IMG/VR virus record: IMGVR_UViG_3300045988_049113
Location: 1-36,702 of that record
DNA: 36,702 nt
Strand: one strand, 5' to 3'
DNA from: a virus
Part shown: in pieces, positions 16,920 through 25,588 of the stretch
Numbering within the stretch: the stretch's first letter is position 1
Layout of the letters: the number at the start of each line of letters is the position of its first letter
Program-made: the position numbers and the translations under genes
The notes under the pieces: generated by a model
The model's database searches: none
Seen by the model: the letters and a program-made list of their open reading frames with translations, nothing else
Told to the model about the DNA's origin: nothing

Positions 16920-18378
16920 CTACCGCAGATGTCGCACCATCGGCAAGCCCCTTTTCCTGCATTATACGCTTGACTTCACCGGCTTTCCATTTGTCCTCTT
17001 TAGAACTGCCCCACAGCTCCTCGACCTGCGTTTCGACCGACATAATGCCGTAGGTACTTGCCTTGCCGACCGTTTCAACACGGCTGTCAAAGTCGGGTGC
17101 GCCGTACTCACCGAAATCAACGCTTACCTCATATTCTTCGGGGGCTTTGCCCTGCATATTGTCGTATGTCTTTAATACAGCCGACACAAGCTCAGGCAGA
17201 GCCTTTTCAAGCGCTGTCGTTATTGTGTTCCGGGTGTTGCCCGTAACGTCCTTCTTCTCTCGCTGAGCGTCCGCACTTGACATCTTGCCGACATCAATAC
17301 CGAGTGTCGCAGGCGATACAAGTCCTTGCAGGCACATCAGCAGGCAGTTTGTATACGATGATACAAATGCGTCATACTTGATGTCGGGCTGTACGACCTG
17401 TATCTGAGAAGAGCGCTCGTCACCAAGAGATGAAGCTATCTCTATAAACTCATTGCCGAAACTGTTTACTCGTTGTAAGGCCCCGTTTTCAGGACTTCGA
17501 GGAATTTTATCGGAAGGAATATACTTTGTAACTCTGCCGGCTCTTATGGCGTCCCACCACTGCGAAATAACCTCGTCCAGAGCGTCGAAGCAGTCGGATT
17601 TACCGCCGTCGAATATGCTCTTACCCCTGTTCGGATATTTTTTTGATGCGTAAAATTTCAGCGGTACAGCCATTATGTAATCGCCATCGAATATCGTTCT
17701 TGTTTCAATGCCTGAAAGGCAAGGAACGCTGTCAAGGCGTACCTCATGACCGCTGTTATCATAAAGTCTGCTTTCAATGTACCCCTTTCCATAACATTCC
17801 TCAAGATGGTACAATCTATCGCCTTCCTTATGCTCAGAACGGAAAACAACCTCTTTAAGTACGCCTCTTATATATCGATATTCAACCTTATCTGCACTCC
17901 AAAATTCAACTATAGGAACGTCAGAAACAGAATTTTCGGTCATATCGACTGAAATCTTAAATGCCCCATCGCCGCTTACTAAAGTGTCTACTACAGCTTT
18001 TCCAACAAGTTCGTTAAAATCAACGGCTTTTGATACGCTCTCAAAGATCGAGTTTTCTTTTTCACCGGTTACTTTGATTTTATCCATATCCGAATACACG
18101 ATATACGCCAAAGTATCGGCAATTATCGCAGGCAAGCCGCTGTGTATTTTTCGTATATTATTCTTGTTTGGAACACTCGCCCAAAAACTACCGCTTCCGT
18201 CACCTATCTGGTGGAAAAACTGTCTAAGTTCCGTTGCGTCACCTCTGTACCAGAGCTGAGAACGAAGCACTTCAATCTCTCTCGGCAAAAGCTCCTGCAG
18301 CACAACAGATTGATTTACGGCAGGAACTATATTAAGCCAATTCTGTATCATGCTTTTAAACCTTTCTCCTATCTTCAC
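16903..18378 (-). CDS. Portal protein (SPP1 gp6-like)
   Basis: 491 aa, directly downstream of the large terminase. Size and position are typical. Confidence 0.8.
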   Translation of the reverse strand: MKIGERFKSMIQNWLNIVPAVNQSVVLQELLPREIEVLRSQLWYRGDATELRQFFHQIGDGSGSFWASVPNKNNIRKIHSGLPAIIADTLAYIVYSDMDKIKVTGEKENSIFESVSKAVDFNELVGKAVVDTLVSGDGAFKISVDMTENSVSDVPIVEFWSADKVEYRYIRGVLKEVVFRSEHKEGDRLYHLEECYGKGYIESRLYDNSGHEVRLDSVPCLSGIETRTIFDGDYIMAVPLKFYASKKYPNRGKSIFDGGKSDCFDALDEVISQWWDAIRAGRVTKYIPSDKIPRSPENGALQRVNSFGNEFIEIASSLGDERSSQIQVVQPDIKYDAFVSSYTNCLLMCLQGLVSPATLGIDVGKMSSADAQREKKDVTGNTRNTITTALEKALPELVSAVLKTYDNMQGKAPEEYEVSVDFGEYGAPDFDSRVETVGKASTYGIMSVETQVEELWGSSKEDKWKAGEVKRIMQEKGLADGATSAVGDELA

Positions 18379-18379
18379 G

Positions 18380-19780
18380 TCATCCTCCTAATTTATACAT
18401 AGTTTCGGCAACACCGGTTGTTGCGTCAGGCGCATCGTCGTGTGCGTTTTTGCCTTCACGCTGATATTTAATCATAGCCGCATAATACTCGGGAAACTTA
18501 TCTCTCCAATTTACCGGGAAAATAATATGATTTTGTACCCATGAAGAGTTTGAAATTATACGTGCCTTCTTGTTTTTCGACTGATGAAACCACTGAAAAA
18601 TAGTTGTATAATTACCAAGCTCATCGGCTGATATGCGTCTGACGTTCCGTGCAAATCCCGAACCGCCGTTATTTGATTCTATAAGAGCATTATTTACAGC
18701 AAATTCTTTATGTCGCCTTGCTGTTTCTTTCTCTGTGATCTCCATATTTGCTTTAGAAAAATAAACATCAAGTACATACGCTTCACGCATATACACGCCC
18801 CAGATAATGCTACACAAGAAGTCATCTCCTTCGTCCGCAGTATCTGTATAACTGTAAATACCTTCAAACAAACTGTTCCCATTGCTGTCTTTCGGCAACT
18901 CTGTATAGGTCTTGAACGAATCATACAGTCTGCCTTTTAAATCAATTGGCTCTTGCTGATAGTTAGCACTTGCAATATCAACTCCCATCGCTTTTGTCTT
19001 CGCCAGATATGAACCATAGGATAATATTTCAGGGCAGAGCATAGTGTGCTTTTCTTTATCAATAAGTGCTTTCATTGTAATGTGCCTTACGTTTACACCT
19101 TGTTGAGTATAATGCGCAATGGCTCTGCCTGCGAGATCGTCGGAAGCCCAGCGTGTCATAATGATTATTATTTTGCCGTTTTCTTCCAAACGAGACAGCA
19201 TCGTGTTTGTAAACCACTCCCAGTGCTTCTCTTTTATGCTCTCATTGTTAGCTTCTTCTGCATTTTTGATTAGATCGTCAATAATCATAAGCGAACAGCC
19301 GAAACCTGTCGCTGTACCTGTCGGAGAAGTAGCAAGATAATTATTATATCCGCCCTCTAAACTCCACAGGTTCATTGCGCCGTCTCCTCGTTTAATCTTA
19401 GTATCCGGGAAAACATCAGAATACACCGGAATATTCACATCTGCTTTTTCGGCGGATATGCAGTTTCTGACATTCTTTGAAAACATAGTTGACAGTGTTT
19501 CATTGTACGAGCCCGTCATAATCTTCTGGTTTTTATCCCTGCCGAGAACCCACTCAACAAAGCAACCAGCTGTTCTCGACTTTCCGTGACGAGGCGGCAA
19601 ATTTACTATCATAACCGGTTCATCTGAGTTCATAAACTCCTGAAAGCCATTACAGAGTTCTACTAAAAATGATCTATCAGACTTATAGAAATCCGGTGCT
19701 TTTAATTGGCAATAAAAAAAGAACTCACGCTTAGCAAGTTCTATTTTAGCACCAAGTTTTGCAAGATCTTTACTAATCAT
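18380..19780 (-). CDS. terL: Terminase large subunit
   Basis: 466 aa with a Walker A-like NLPPRHGKSRTAG, the ATPase motif LMIIDDL, and C-terminal nuclease-like acidic residues. Confidence 0.9.
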   Translation of the reverse strand: MISKDLAKLGAKIELAKREFFFYCQLKAPDFYKSDRSFLVELCNGFQEFMNSDEPVMIVNLPPRHGKSRTAGCFVEWVLGRDKNQKIMTGSYNETLSTMFSKNVRNCISAEKADVNIPVYSDVFPDTKIKRGDGAMNLWSLEGGYNNYLATSPTGTATGFGCSLMIIDDLIKNAEEANNESIKEKHWEWFTNTMLSRLEENGKIIIIMTRWASDDLAGRAIAHYTQQGVNVRHITMKALIDKEKHTMLCPEILSYGSYLAKTKAMGVDIASANYQQEPIDLKGRLYDSFKTYTELPKDSNGNSLFEGIYSYTDTADEGDDFLCSIIWGVYMREAYVLDVYFSKANMEITEKETARRHKEFAVNNALIESNNGGSGFARNVRRISADELGNYTTIFQWFHQSKNKKARIISNSSWVQNHIIFPVNWRDKFPEYYAAMIKYQREGKNAHDDAPDATTGVAETMYKLGG

Positions 19781-20207
19781 CAGTTATCAACTTCTTCAGC
19801 TCTTCTGTTGATAATTTTGAAAACGGGTTATTGACATCGGCATTTATATTTCCTTGAACTTTTGTCACATACTCCCCCGTCATCTTATTCAGCGTGTCGA
19901 TCGCTCTGATACGGTCCGACAGCTCGTTCTGCTTATCCTTAGCTATATCGGAAAGTGTCGCCTGACGTTCACGGGCGGTCATTATGCGTGCAGTCTGGGC
20001 GTCTTCGGTGAGCTGTTTTATGTATTCCGTAATTGTAGTATTTTGTAGTAATTTTGAAGCATTAGTATTTGCATACTTTTTGCTGTATCCTGCCTGTATC
20101 GCACTCTGGGCGGCATTACCGCACTGAGCGTAGTATTCGGCGAATTTCTTCTGTCTTTCGGTCACGGTAACACCGTCCTTTCTTTTGGGTATAAGAATAC
20201 CCGACAC
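19773..20207 (-). CDS. terS: Terminase small subunit (Terminase_2-like)
   Basis: ERQKKFAEYYAQCGNAAQSAIQAGYSKKYANTNASKLLQN is the typical N-terminal HTH of this family. The start is uncertain: the GTG at 20207 lacks an SD, and an alternative GTG lies at 20165. Confidence 0.8.
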   Translation of the reverse strand: MSGILIPKRKDGVTVTERQKKFAEYYAQCGNAAQSAIQAGYSKKYANTNASKLLQNTTITEYIKQLTEDAQTARIMTARERQATLSDIAKDKQNELSDRIRAIDTLNKMTGEYVTKVQGNINADVNNPFSKLSTEELKKLITDD

Positions 20208-20259
20208 CGTTGTGCCGGGCTTCAGGAGGAAAACTTATTATTGTAGTTTTCCCATTCTA

Positions 20260-20288
20260 ATTTTAGCACACTTGATTTCGGACATCAA
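20260..20288 (-). promoter_or_regulatory. Candidate late-operon promoter upstream of terS
   Basis: On the minus strand: TTGATG (20288-20283), a 17-nt spacer, then TGcTAAAAT (extended -10, with TAAAAT at 20265-20260). An 8-bp stem hairpin at 20228-20252 would sit at the 5' end of the transcript. Confidence 0.4.
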
Positions 20289-20336
20289 TAGGACAACGGC
20301 GGACATTGGCGGACATTAACGGACATCAGCGGACAA
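20279..20336 (-). repeat. Six helically phased direct repeats (minus strand (A/T)TGTCC(G/T); plus strand (C/A)GGACA(T/A))
   Basis: Repeat starts are at 20279, 20290, 20300, 20310, 20320 and 20330, giving spacings of 11, 10, 10, 10 and 10 bp. They span the last codons of the 135-aa ORF and the region just upstream of the candidate -35. Confidence 0.8.
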
Positions 20337-20723
20337 TTCTTTGAAATATCTGTCTAATGCCTTGCGTAATGATTCTCCGCTCGTTTCATCACACATACCT
20401 GCAACCTCGTCCCATGTAAACGTCTTAGATCCACAGCCTATGCAATACAGCTTCAGCGCCTTGTGAAATCTTCTGACCGGTATTGCGTCTATAAAAGCAC
20501 ATATTTTCTCGTTTTCGGCTTCTATACGGCTTTTCTCATTAAGAAGCGATACAGTACCAAGCCCGTGTATATAACCTTCGTCTTTTTTTGTCACAAGCTG
20601 ATATGCCGGCGGTCCCGCTGAACCCTGAGTACTTATCAGCACTTTTTTCTTGCCGAGTTGCCTGTCTATACATTCAAGCAGCTCACAATTTGCACGGTAT
20701 TTTTCTAAATCTGATAATGTCAT
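20316..20723 (-). CDS. Putative late transcriptional regulator (ArpU/RinA/sigma region-4-like, positional)
   Basis: 135 aa immediately upstream of terS. The C-terminal segment (FHKALKLYCIGCGSKTFTWDEVAGMCDETSGESLRKAL) resembles a region-4-type HTH. The call is weak. Confidence 0.35.
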   Translation of the reverse strand: MTLSDLEKYRANCELLECIDRQLGKKKVLISTQGSAGPPAYQLVTKKDEGYIHGLGTVSLLNEKSRIEAENEKICAFIDAIPVRRFHKALKLYCIGCGSKTFTWDEVAGMCDETSGESLRKALDRYFKELSADVR

Positions 20724-21049
20724 TCCGTTTCCTCCTCTTTCTGCACTGCCTCATCGCAAAAATCTTTTGCAGGACAGTCTTTGCAATCTTCTGCTATCGG
20801 CTCTTCACAGTAAAATCCGCATTCTTTCACCAATGCAATTCTGTCTTTCGGATCTGACCAGTCCATTTCTGTTTTTCCCTCAGCGTAATACTTGTCCATT
20901 TCAGGTGCTCGGCTGACTTCAATATCACAGAAATTTGCGTCCTCACAGCTGCTTGTGCATAATGCGAGCGCTTTTGCTTTACCTCGTGTTTCGGCGAAAA
21001 CAACTGCAGAAGCTGTTTCATATTTTTCGTTTACAATCCAGGCTTTCAT
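20720..21049 (-). CDS. Hypothetical Cys-rich protein
   Basis: 109 aa with several Cys clusters (CEDANFCD, CGFYCEEPIAEDCKDCPAKDFCDE). Confidence 0.5.
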   Translation of the reverse strand: MKAWIVNEKYETASAVVFAETRGKAKALALCTSSCEDANFCDIEVSRAPEMDKYYAEGKTEMDWSDPKDRIALVKECGFYCEEPIAEDCKDCPAKDFCDEAVQKEEETE

Positions 21050-21525
21050 GTTTCCTCCTTAGGCGCTTCTGGAAGCGGCATCCAATGAGTAACCCGTGCA
21101 CGCCCTCTATGGATAAAATGATCGATAGACCAATATCCTTTATCGATGTTTCGTATTCCTTTTTGTGACACAGTGCATACTAACACCTCTTCCTGATCCG
21201 GCGGAAGCTTGTCCTCCCACTTTATCCACTTCGGTATTACTTGCCCACAAAACAAGCAGGTTTCCGTTGCGGGTTTGCGTTTACTACTCGTTACCTGCTT
21301 ACTTATCGGCGGTTCAGGAAACGGCATCCAAGCAATGACGACTTCACGGCCGTTAAATCTTCCATCTTTGCAAAACCCTTTTTTCTGCTTAAATTTTTCG
21401 GCCGTTTCAATAGCATATAAGTCTTGCTCTACACTGATTCTGCCTGTTTTTGTGTCAAGGATGGCGATGTGATTCCACGACTGTTTTTCAGGAAGTCTAT
21501 CTTCCACGCTTATCCATTCACTCAT
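21046..21525 (-). CDS. DUF551-like protein with two tandem repeats
   Basis: WISVEDRLPEK...WMPFPEPP and WIKWEDKLPPDQEEVLV...HWMPLPEAPKE resemble the DUF551 pattern common in phages. Confidence 0.55.
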   Translation of the reverse strand: MSEWISVEDRLPEKQSWNHIAILDTKTGRISVEQDLYAIETAEKFKQKKGFCKDGRFNGREVVIAWMPFPEPPISKQVTSSKRKPATETCLFCGQVIPKWIKWEDKLPPDQEEVLVCTVSQKGIRNIDKGYWSIDHFIHRGRARVTHWMPLPEAPKEET

Positions 21526-21824
21526 ATTTTTCCTCCTTCAATTATTTCTTTCTTGATCATAGCAAGATATGTATCGACAATTCCTTCCCATTCCGCAGAC
21601 GTTTTGTCGATTTCTGCTTCTTTTGCAAATTCTTCAACTATCGGCTTTATGCAGTTCAGAAAAATATAAAACCGTACTACGCTTCCGAGTTTTATATTTT
21701 CTTGTATCTGCGCATCTAAAGATCCTTTCGGAAGCGTTATCAGCATATTTACTTCGTTTTCGGTCAAAAACTGATCAATAATTTTACCAAGCGTTTCGAT
21801 GTTCAGCTTATCAAACTTTTCCAT
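21522..21824 (-). CDS. Hypothetical protein
   Basis: A 100-aa ORF with GGAGG upstream of the ATG, coupled to the downstream gene. Confidence 0.5.
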   Translation of the reverse strand: MEKFDKLNIETLGKIIDQFLTENEVNMLITLPKGSLDAQIQENIKLGSVVRFYIFLNCIKPIVEEFAKEAEIDKTSAEWEGIVDTYLAMIKKEIIEGGKI

Positions 21825-21885
21825 CCTCTATACCTCCATAATCCGTATACCTGCGATCTCTTCGCCGCATATTTCGCAGTAATGT

Positions 21886-22290
21886 TTAATCATTTAAATT
21901 TCTCCTTTCAAATCCTTCCTCGCCGGTCATCAGCTCGATACACCTCAGTGCAAGCATCAGCTTGACATCGTGATTTCTTGTGCTGTTGATCTCACATCTC
22001 AGCTCGTCCGACCTTCGTATATTCTCCTGGTATCCGACCTCTGCCTCGTGATTTTTCCGTGTTTTGTCTGCGTCCTTGCGATAATCACAAAGATATGCGT
22101 CCTTACGCTCTTTGCAAAGTCCCTTCGGAAGCTGACCACTGCGGTAGATACTGCCGAGCTGTGACAGCTTATCGAAGTATTTATACTCGGCAGGCGGAAA
22201 GTCGGTATAATCAAGCGTGTTTTCGTATGCCATATGCTCCAGCTTTTCAAATGTTGCCGGATCATTGAAATTTATCTTCTTCATAATCAT
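21886..22290 (-). CDS. Hypothetical protein
   Basis: A 134-aa ORF. The start abuts the repeat element at 22290-22412, and no obvious SD is seen. Confidence 0.45.
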   Translation of the reverse strand: MIMKKINFNDPATFEKLEHMAYENTLDYTDFPPAEYKYFDKLSQLGSIYRSGQLPKGLCKERKDAYLCDYRKDADKTRKNHEAEVGYQENIRRSDELRCEINSTRNHDVKLMLALRCIELMTGEEGFERRNLND

Positions 22291-22412
22291 TCGGTGTAAG
22301 GTGGTGAAGGGTTTTGCCCGTTTTCCAACACCTTTTATATATATTTATTTTTTTCATTTTCCGTATGAAAGGTTAGAAAAACCCTTAAACCCTTCACCAC
22401 CCTTCACCCTCC
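22290..22412 (-). repeat. Long-stem element, copy X1 (sense on the minus strand)
   Basis: Bases 22290-22388 are the perfect reverse complement of 34674-34772 (99 bp). Arms 22293-22314 and 22387-22408 pair at 20 of 22 positions around a 64-nt AT-rich conserved centre. Confidence 0.85.
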
Positions 22413-22414
22413 TT

Positions 22415-24718
22415 TCAGCTTATAGCTATTCCGATGTAACAATTACCGTTTTTTGCTCGCACCTTAGGATACTTTTTCGACAATTCAACACCAAACTTCG
22501 TATTTGACATCTTATACTCGTTATTGTCATCGCACCACTGCGCATACGCCGCATAAAGCACGTTAGCCTGCGCATAGCAGTCCTTGCCCTCTGTGCACCT
22601 GTCTTCGACAAAAGCGGAGATAACATCCATCTCTCTGCGGTACTCCTTGACCATAGCGACTACCGCCTTCGGCATATGCAGTCCCTCAGCCTGATATAGT
22701 ATGCACCCCTCTACTGCCCAGCGGAAGATAGCGGGCAGCTCACGGCACAGCTTATATTTAAGACGTGGGTCTTTCTTTTCTTCGGGTATCTGTACAGTGA
22801 ACGGTATCATATGCACTCTGCGCCAGATACCTGTGTCTGTACCTCTGATTATCGGCTTATGATTAGTCGCCATCCACAGTTTGAATTCGGGCTTGAACTC
22901 AAACTCATCGCCGTACAGCTTGCGGGCAGTAACTATATCATCGCCTGTAAGCTGCTTCAGCAGACCCTCGTTGATACGCACGCCCTCGTTAGGCTCTACA
23001 GACGTAACAAACCTTGCGCCTTTAAGACGTGCTATATCGCTGTTTATGGCACTGCTCTGATTACTGCGTACCATTATTGTTTCCGGCTGGATATTGCTTG
23101 CGTAGTCGCCCATAATTGCACGGATAATATCAAGAAACGTTGATTTACCGTTTCTGCCCGTGCCGAACAAGAAGAATACGCACTGCTCCGCCGTTGAGCC
23201 TGTCAGCGAATAGCCGACCGCCTTCTGAACATATCGTATAAGGTCCTTGTCGCCGCCGAATATCTCGTCAAGAAATTTCAGCCACTGCGGACAGTCGGCG
23301 TTGCTCGTGTACTCTGCCGACGTGATACGGGTGAAGTATGCTTCCGGCTTATGCTCACTCAGCGTACCGCTTTTCAGGTCAAGAACACCGCTCGGAGTAT
23401 TAAGCACCATCTTGTACTTATCCATCTGTGCCGGCACTATCGGAACGTGATGCTGTGCTTCCTTCAGCATTGCAGATTTCGATTTGTTGCTTCGGCTTGA
23501 TTTCAGGTGTTTTTCAAAGCTCTTTGCCATATCTCCGCCGTCCTCAGCGTCCATCTGCTCATATGCCTTAGCCTCTGCCTTCATCGCAAGTACAGCCTTA
23601 TCGGCTATGCGCTCTATTGTTCCGCTGTTGTCGTAGCACCACTTCCTGCCGTCATAATACAGCCAGCGCTTGTCTGTATAACTGTAGCGGATCTCCCTGC
23701 CGAATAAGTCTATAAGCCGTTCTGCGTTCCCTGTATCGTCAAACGTGTACAGCTTTACAGGCTCGTCCTGTGCTGTATCGAGCTTTGCGTGTACAACAGA
23801 GCTTTCACCTGTGAACCTTGCCGTAAACTGCGGTGATTTCTGTGCCGGTTCGTATACCTTCTCACAGTCGGCTATGGCTTTTTGTATCGTTATTGCACCG
23901 TAGGTACTGCCCGACTGCCGTCTGTCCCATTTCTCACGCATAAGCCCCGACTGTCTGTATATACAGTCCATCATATCCGCATCACACCTGCACCAGAACG
24001 CAAGCATATTACAAAGCGCCATATCAGCCTCAGACTGTGACACATATCCTGAATAATCGCCCTGCATAAGCGCATTGAAGCGTGGTGCGTTCTTTGCTTT
24101 TCCGGCGAGAGTTATAATATCATTTGCGGTTGCCGGAAGTGCCGGCACATAAGCACGGGGTACAGCGGAAGGCTCACGCCCTCCGCCTATGTACTTTTCG
24201 TGCAACGCCTTGATAGCCTCTGTGCATTCGTTTATATCCATATATTCGGCGCACGGATTGCCCGTCATAACGAAAAATCTGCCTGTTTCGTACATTTCGA
24301 CATTGCCTCGTCTGCGACCCTGCTTCGGCAGGTTTCCTTTGCAGATTATGTGAATGCCTTTGCCGGACTGCGACAGCTCGGTATATGACTGGAGTGTTGT
24401 TATAAATTCGGTGATAATGTTGTTTTCGCCGGTTTTGAATGCGGCTATCTCGTCACCCACTCCGTCAATATCCACACCGAAATACTCGCAGTTTCCGAAC
24501 ATGAATCCGACACCTGCAAAACCTGCCGAAGCCGCTACAGCCGTATTGAAATCCGACCATGTGGACGGATCGTTGGAGCGGGCAAGTTCGCCCGTATGAG
24601 GATTGATCGGAAGTTTTTTTATCTTACCGCCTGCCTCATCGGGTACAGCCTGCCAGCACACCCAGTTTGAGAGCTTTTTAAGCTCATTGGGAATATATTC
24701 GTACATTATTTCCCCCAT
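22415..24718 (-). CDS. Bifunctional primase-polymerase / D5-type (SF3) replicative helicase
   Basis: 767 aa with an N-terminal prim-pol-like region and a C-terminal Walker A (FGTGRNGKST). The layout matches P4/D5-family phage primases. Confidence 0.85.
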   Translation of the reverse strand: MGEIMYEYIPNELKKLSNWVCWQAVPDEAGGKIKKLPINPHTGELARSNDPSTWSDFNTAVAASAGFAGVGFMFGNCEYFGVDIDGVGDEIAAFKTGENNIITEFITTLQSYTELSQSGKGIHIICKGNLPKQGRRRGNVEMYETGRFFVMTGNPCAEYMDINECTEAIKALHEKYIGGGREPSAVPRAYVPALPATANDIITLAGKAKNAPRFNALMQGDYSGYVSQSEADMALCNMLAFWCRCDADMMDCIYRQSGLMREKWDRRQSGSTYGAITIQKAIADCEKVYEPAQKSPQFTARFTGESSVVHAKLDTAQDEPVKLYTFDDTGNAERLIDLFGREIRYSYTDKRWLYYDGRKWCYDNSGTIERIADKAVLAMKAEAKAYEQMDAEDGGDMAKSFEKHLKSSRSNKSKSAMLKEAQHHVPIVPAQMDKYKMVLNTPSGVLDLKSGTLSEHKPEAYFTRITSAEYTSNADCPQWLKFLDEIFGGDKDLIRYVQKAVGYSLTGSTAEQCVFFLFGTGRNGKSTFLDIIRAIMGDYASNIQPETIMVRSNQSSAINSDIARLKGARFVTSVEPNEGVRINEGLLKQLTGDDIVTARKLYGDEFEFKPEFKLWMATNHKPIIRGTDTGIWRRVHMIPFTVQIPEEKKDPRLKYKLCRELPAIFRWAVEGCILYQAEGLHMPKAVVAMVKEYRREMDVISAFVEDRCTEGKDCYAQANVLYAAYAQWCDDNNEYKMSNTKFGVELSKKYPKVRAKNGNCYIGIAIS

Positions 24719-25266
24719 CAGAACGGATAGTCACCGTCATCTTCCGTAACTGCTTCCGTTGTTGTGGTTGCCGCAAAGCTCTCGTTTTTCGGCGCTGATA
24801 CGGTATCGGCGGTCACGGCGGTCTTGAACTTATGCTTGCAGTCGGGGTGCTGTGTCGGTTCAAGATAGCTTACCTTTTCTCTTGTGGTGCCCTTATCGTC
24901 CGTTTCGTGCTTTACTACAGCTATCACACACTTGCCGACAAGATCGTCGCAGTATTCCGCAAGATCCTTGTATTCCTTGCCGTCAGTGAGCTTTGCGGCC
25001 TTGCCTACTGCCATAAGTCTGCCGAACGTATAACCGTTTACCGCAAGGTCTTCCTTTGTAGGTTCTTTAGCCTTCCATATCTGATAAAACAGGCAGGCGT
25101 TGCCGTATTTCTGCTCCGGAATATCATTCCTTATCGTCAGTCTGAAGCTCAGCGATGTACTGCCGCTCTTATATGTTTTCTCGTCTACGCTTGTGATTAT
25201 CGTTTCATATCTGCCTTCGGGCTTGAGCGCACTCGTAGCCGCTGAATTGTTCTGTGAAAATGCCAT
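24718..25266 (-). CDS. DUF669-like protein (possible ssDNA-binding partner of AAA_24)
   Basis: 182 aa. Sequence pattern and position within an AAA_24/helicase/VRR-NUC module support the call. Confidence 0.5.
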   Translation of the reverse strand: MAFSQNNSAATSALKPEGRYETIITSVDEKTYKSGSTSLSFRLTIRNDIPEQKYGNACLFYQIWKAKEPTKEDLAVNGYTFGRLMAVGKAAKLTDGKEYKDLAEYCDDLVGKCVIAVVKHETDDKGTTREKVSYLEPTQHPDCKHKFKTAVTADTVSAPKNESFAATTTTEAVTEDDGDYPF

Positions 25267-25267
25267 A

Positions 25268-25588
25268 TTATTTATCCTCCGTTATAAGTCTTATTGCGTC
25301 TTCTGTGCTTCTGCATATACCTGCAACAGCACCCGAACGGCGCATCTTTTCAATAAAATTCTTCTGTTCGGGGCGAACACGTCCCGTTTTTGTCTTTACC
25401 TCTATGAATATTGCCTTTCCGTCCGACTGCCTTACGCCGAACAGGTCTGAAAATCCGACCGGTACGCCCGTGTCGAAATTTCTGCCGTCAAATGTTCTGC
25501 CCTTGCCGACGTTAATGCGGAATATCACACAACCGTTCTCGGACAGCGCACGTCTGACAGCATTCTGGATACTGTGTTCTTCTGTCAA
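25268..25588 (-). CDS. VRR-NUC nuclease
   Basis: GFSDLFGVRQSDGKAIFIEVKTKTGRVRPEQKNFIEKM fits the VRR-NUC D...ExK core. The longest ORF begins at 25684 inside the helicase gene. The TTG at 25588 (TTGA overlap with the helicase stop, GAGAGG upstream) is the likelier start. Confidence 0.7.
   Translation of the reverse strand: MTEEHSIQNAVRRALSENGCVIFRINVGKGRTFDGRNFDTGVPVGFSDLFGVRQSDGKAIFIEVKTKTGRVRPEQKNFIEKMRRSGAVAGICRSTEDAIRLITEDK

Noticed and set aside
22383-22412. G-quadruplex formation by the G3-tract arms of X1 and X2 as the primary function
   Set aside because: Copy X3 lacks a fourth G3 tract. In addition, the G-rich arm is matched by a complementary C-rich arm, so duplex or hairpin formation explains the pattern better. 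It is kept only as a side note.
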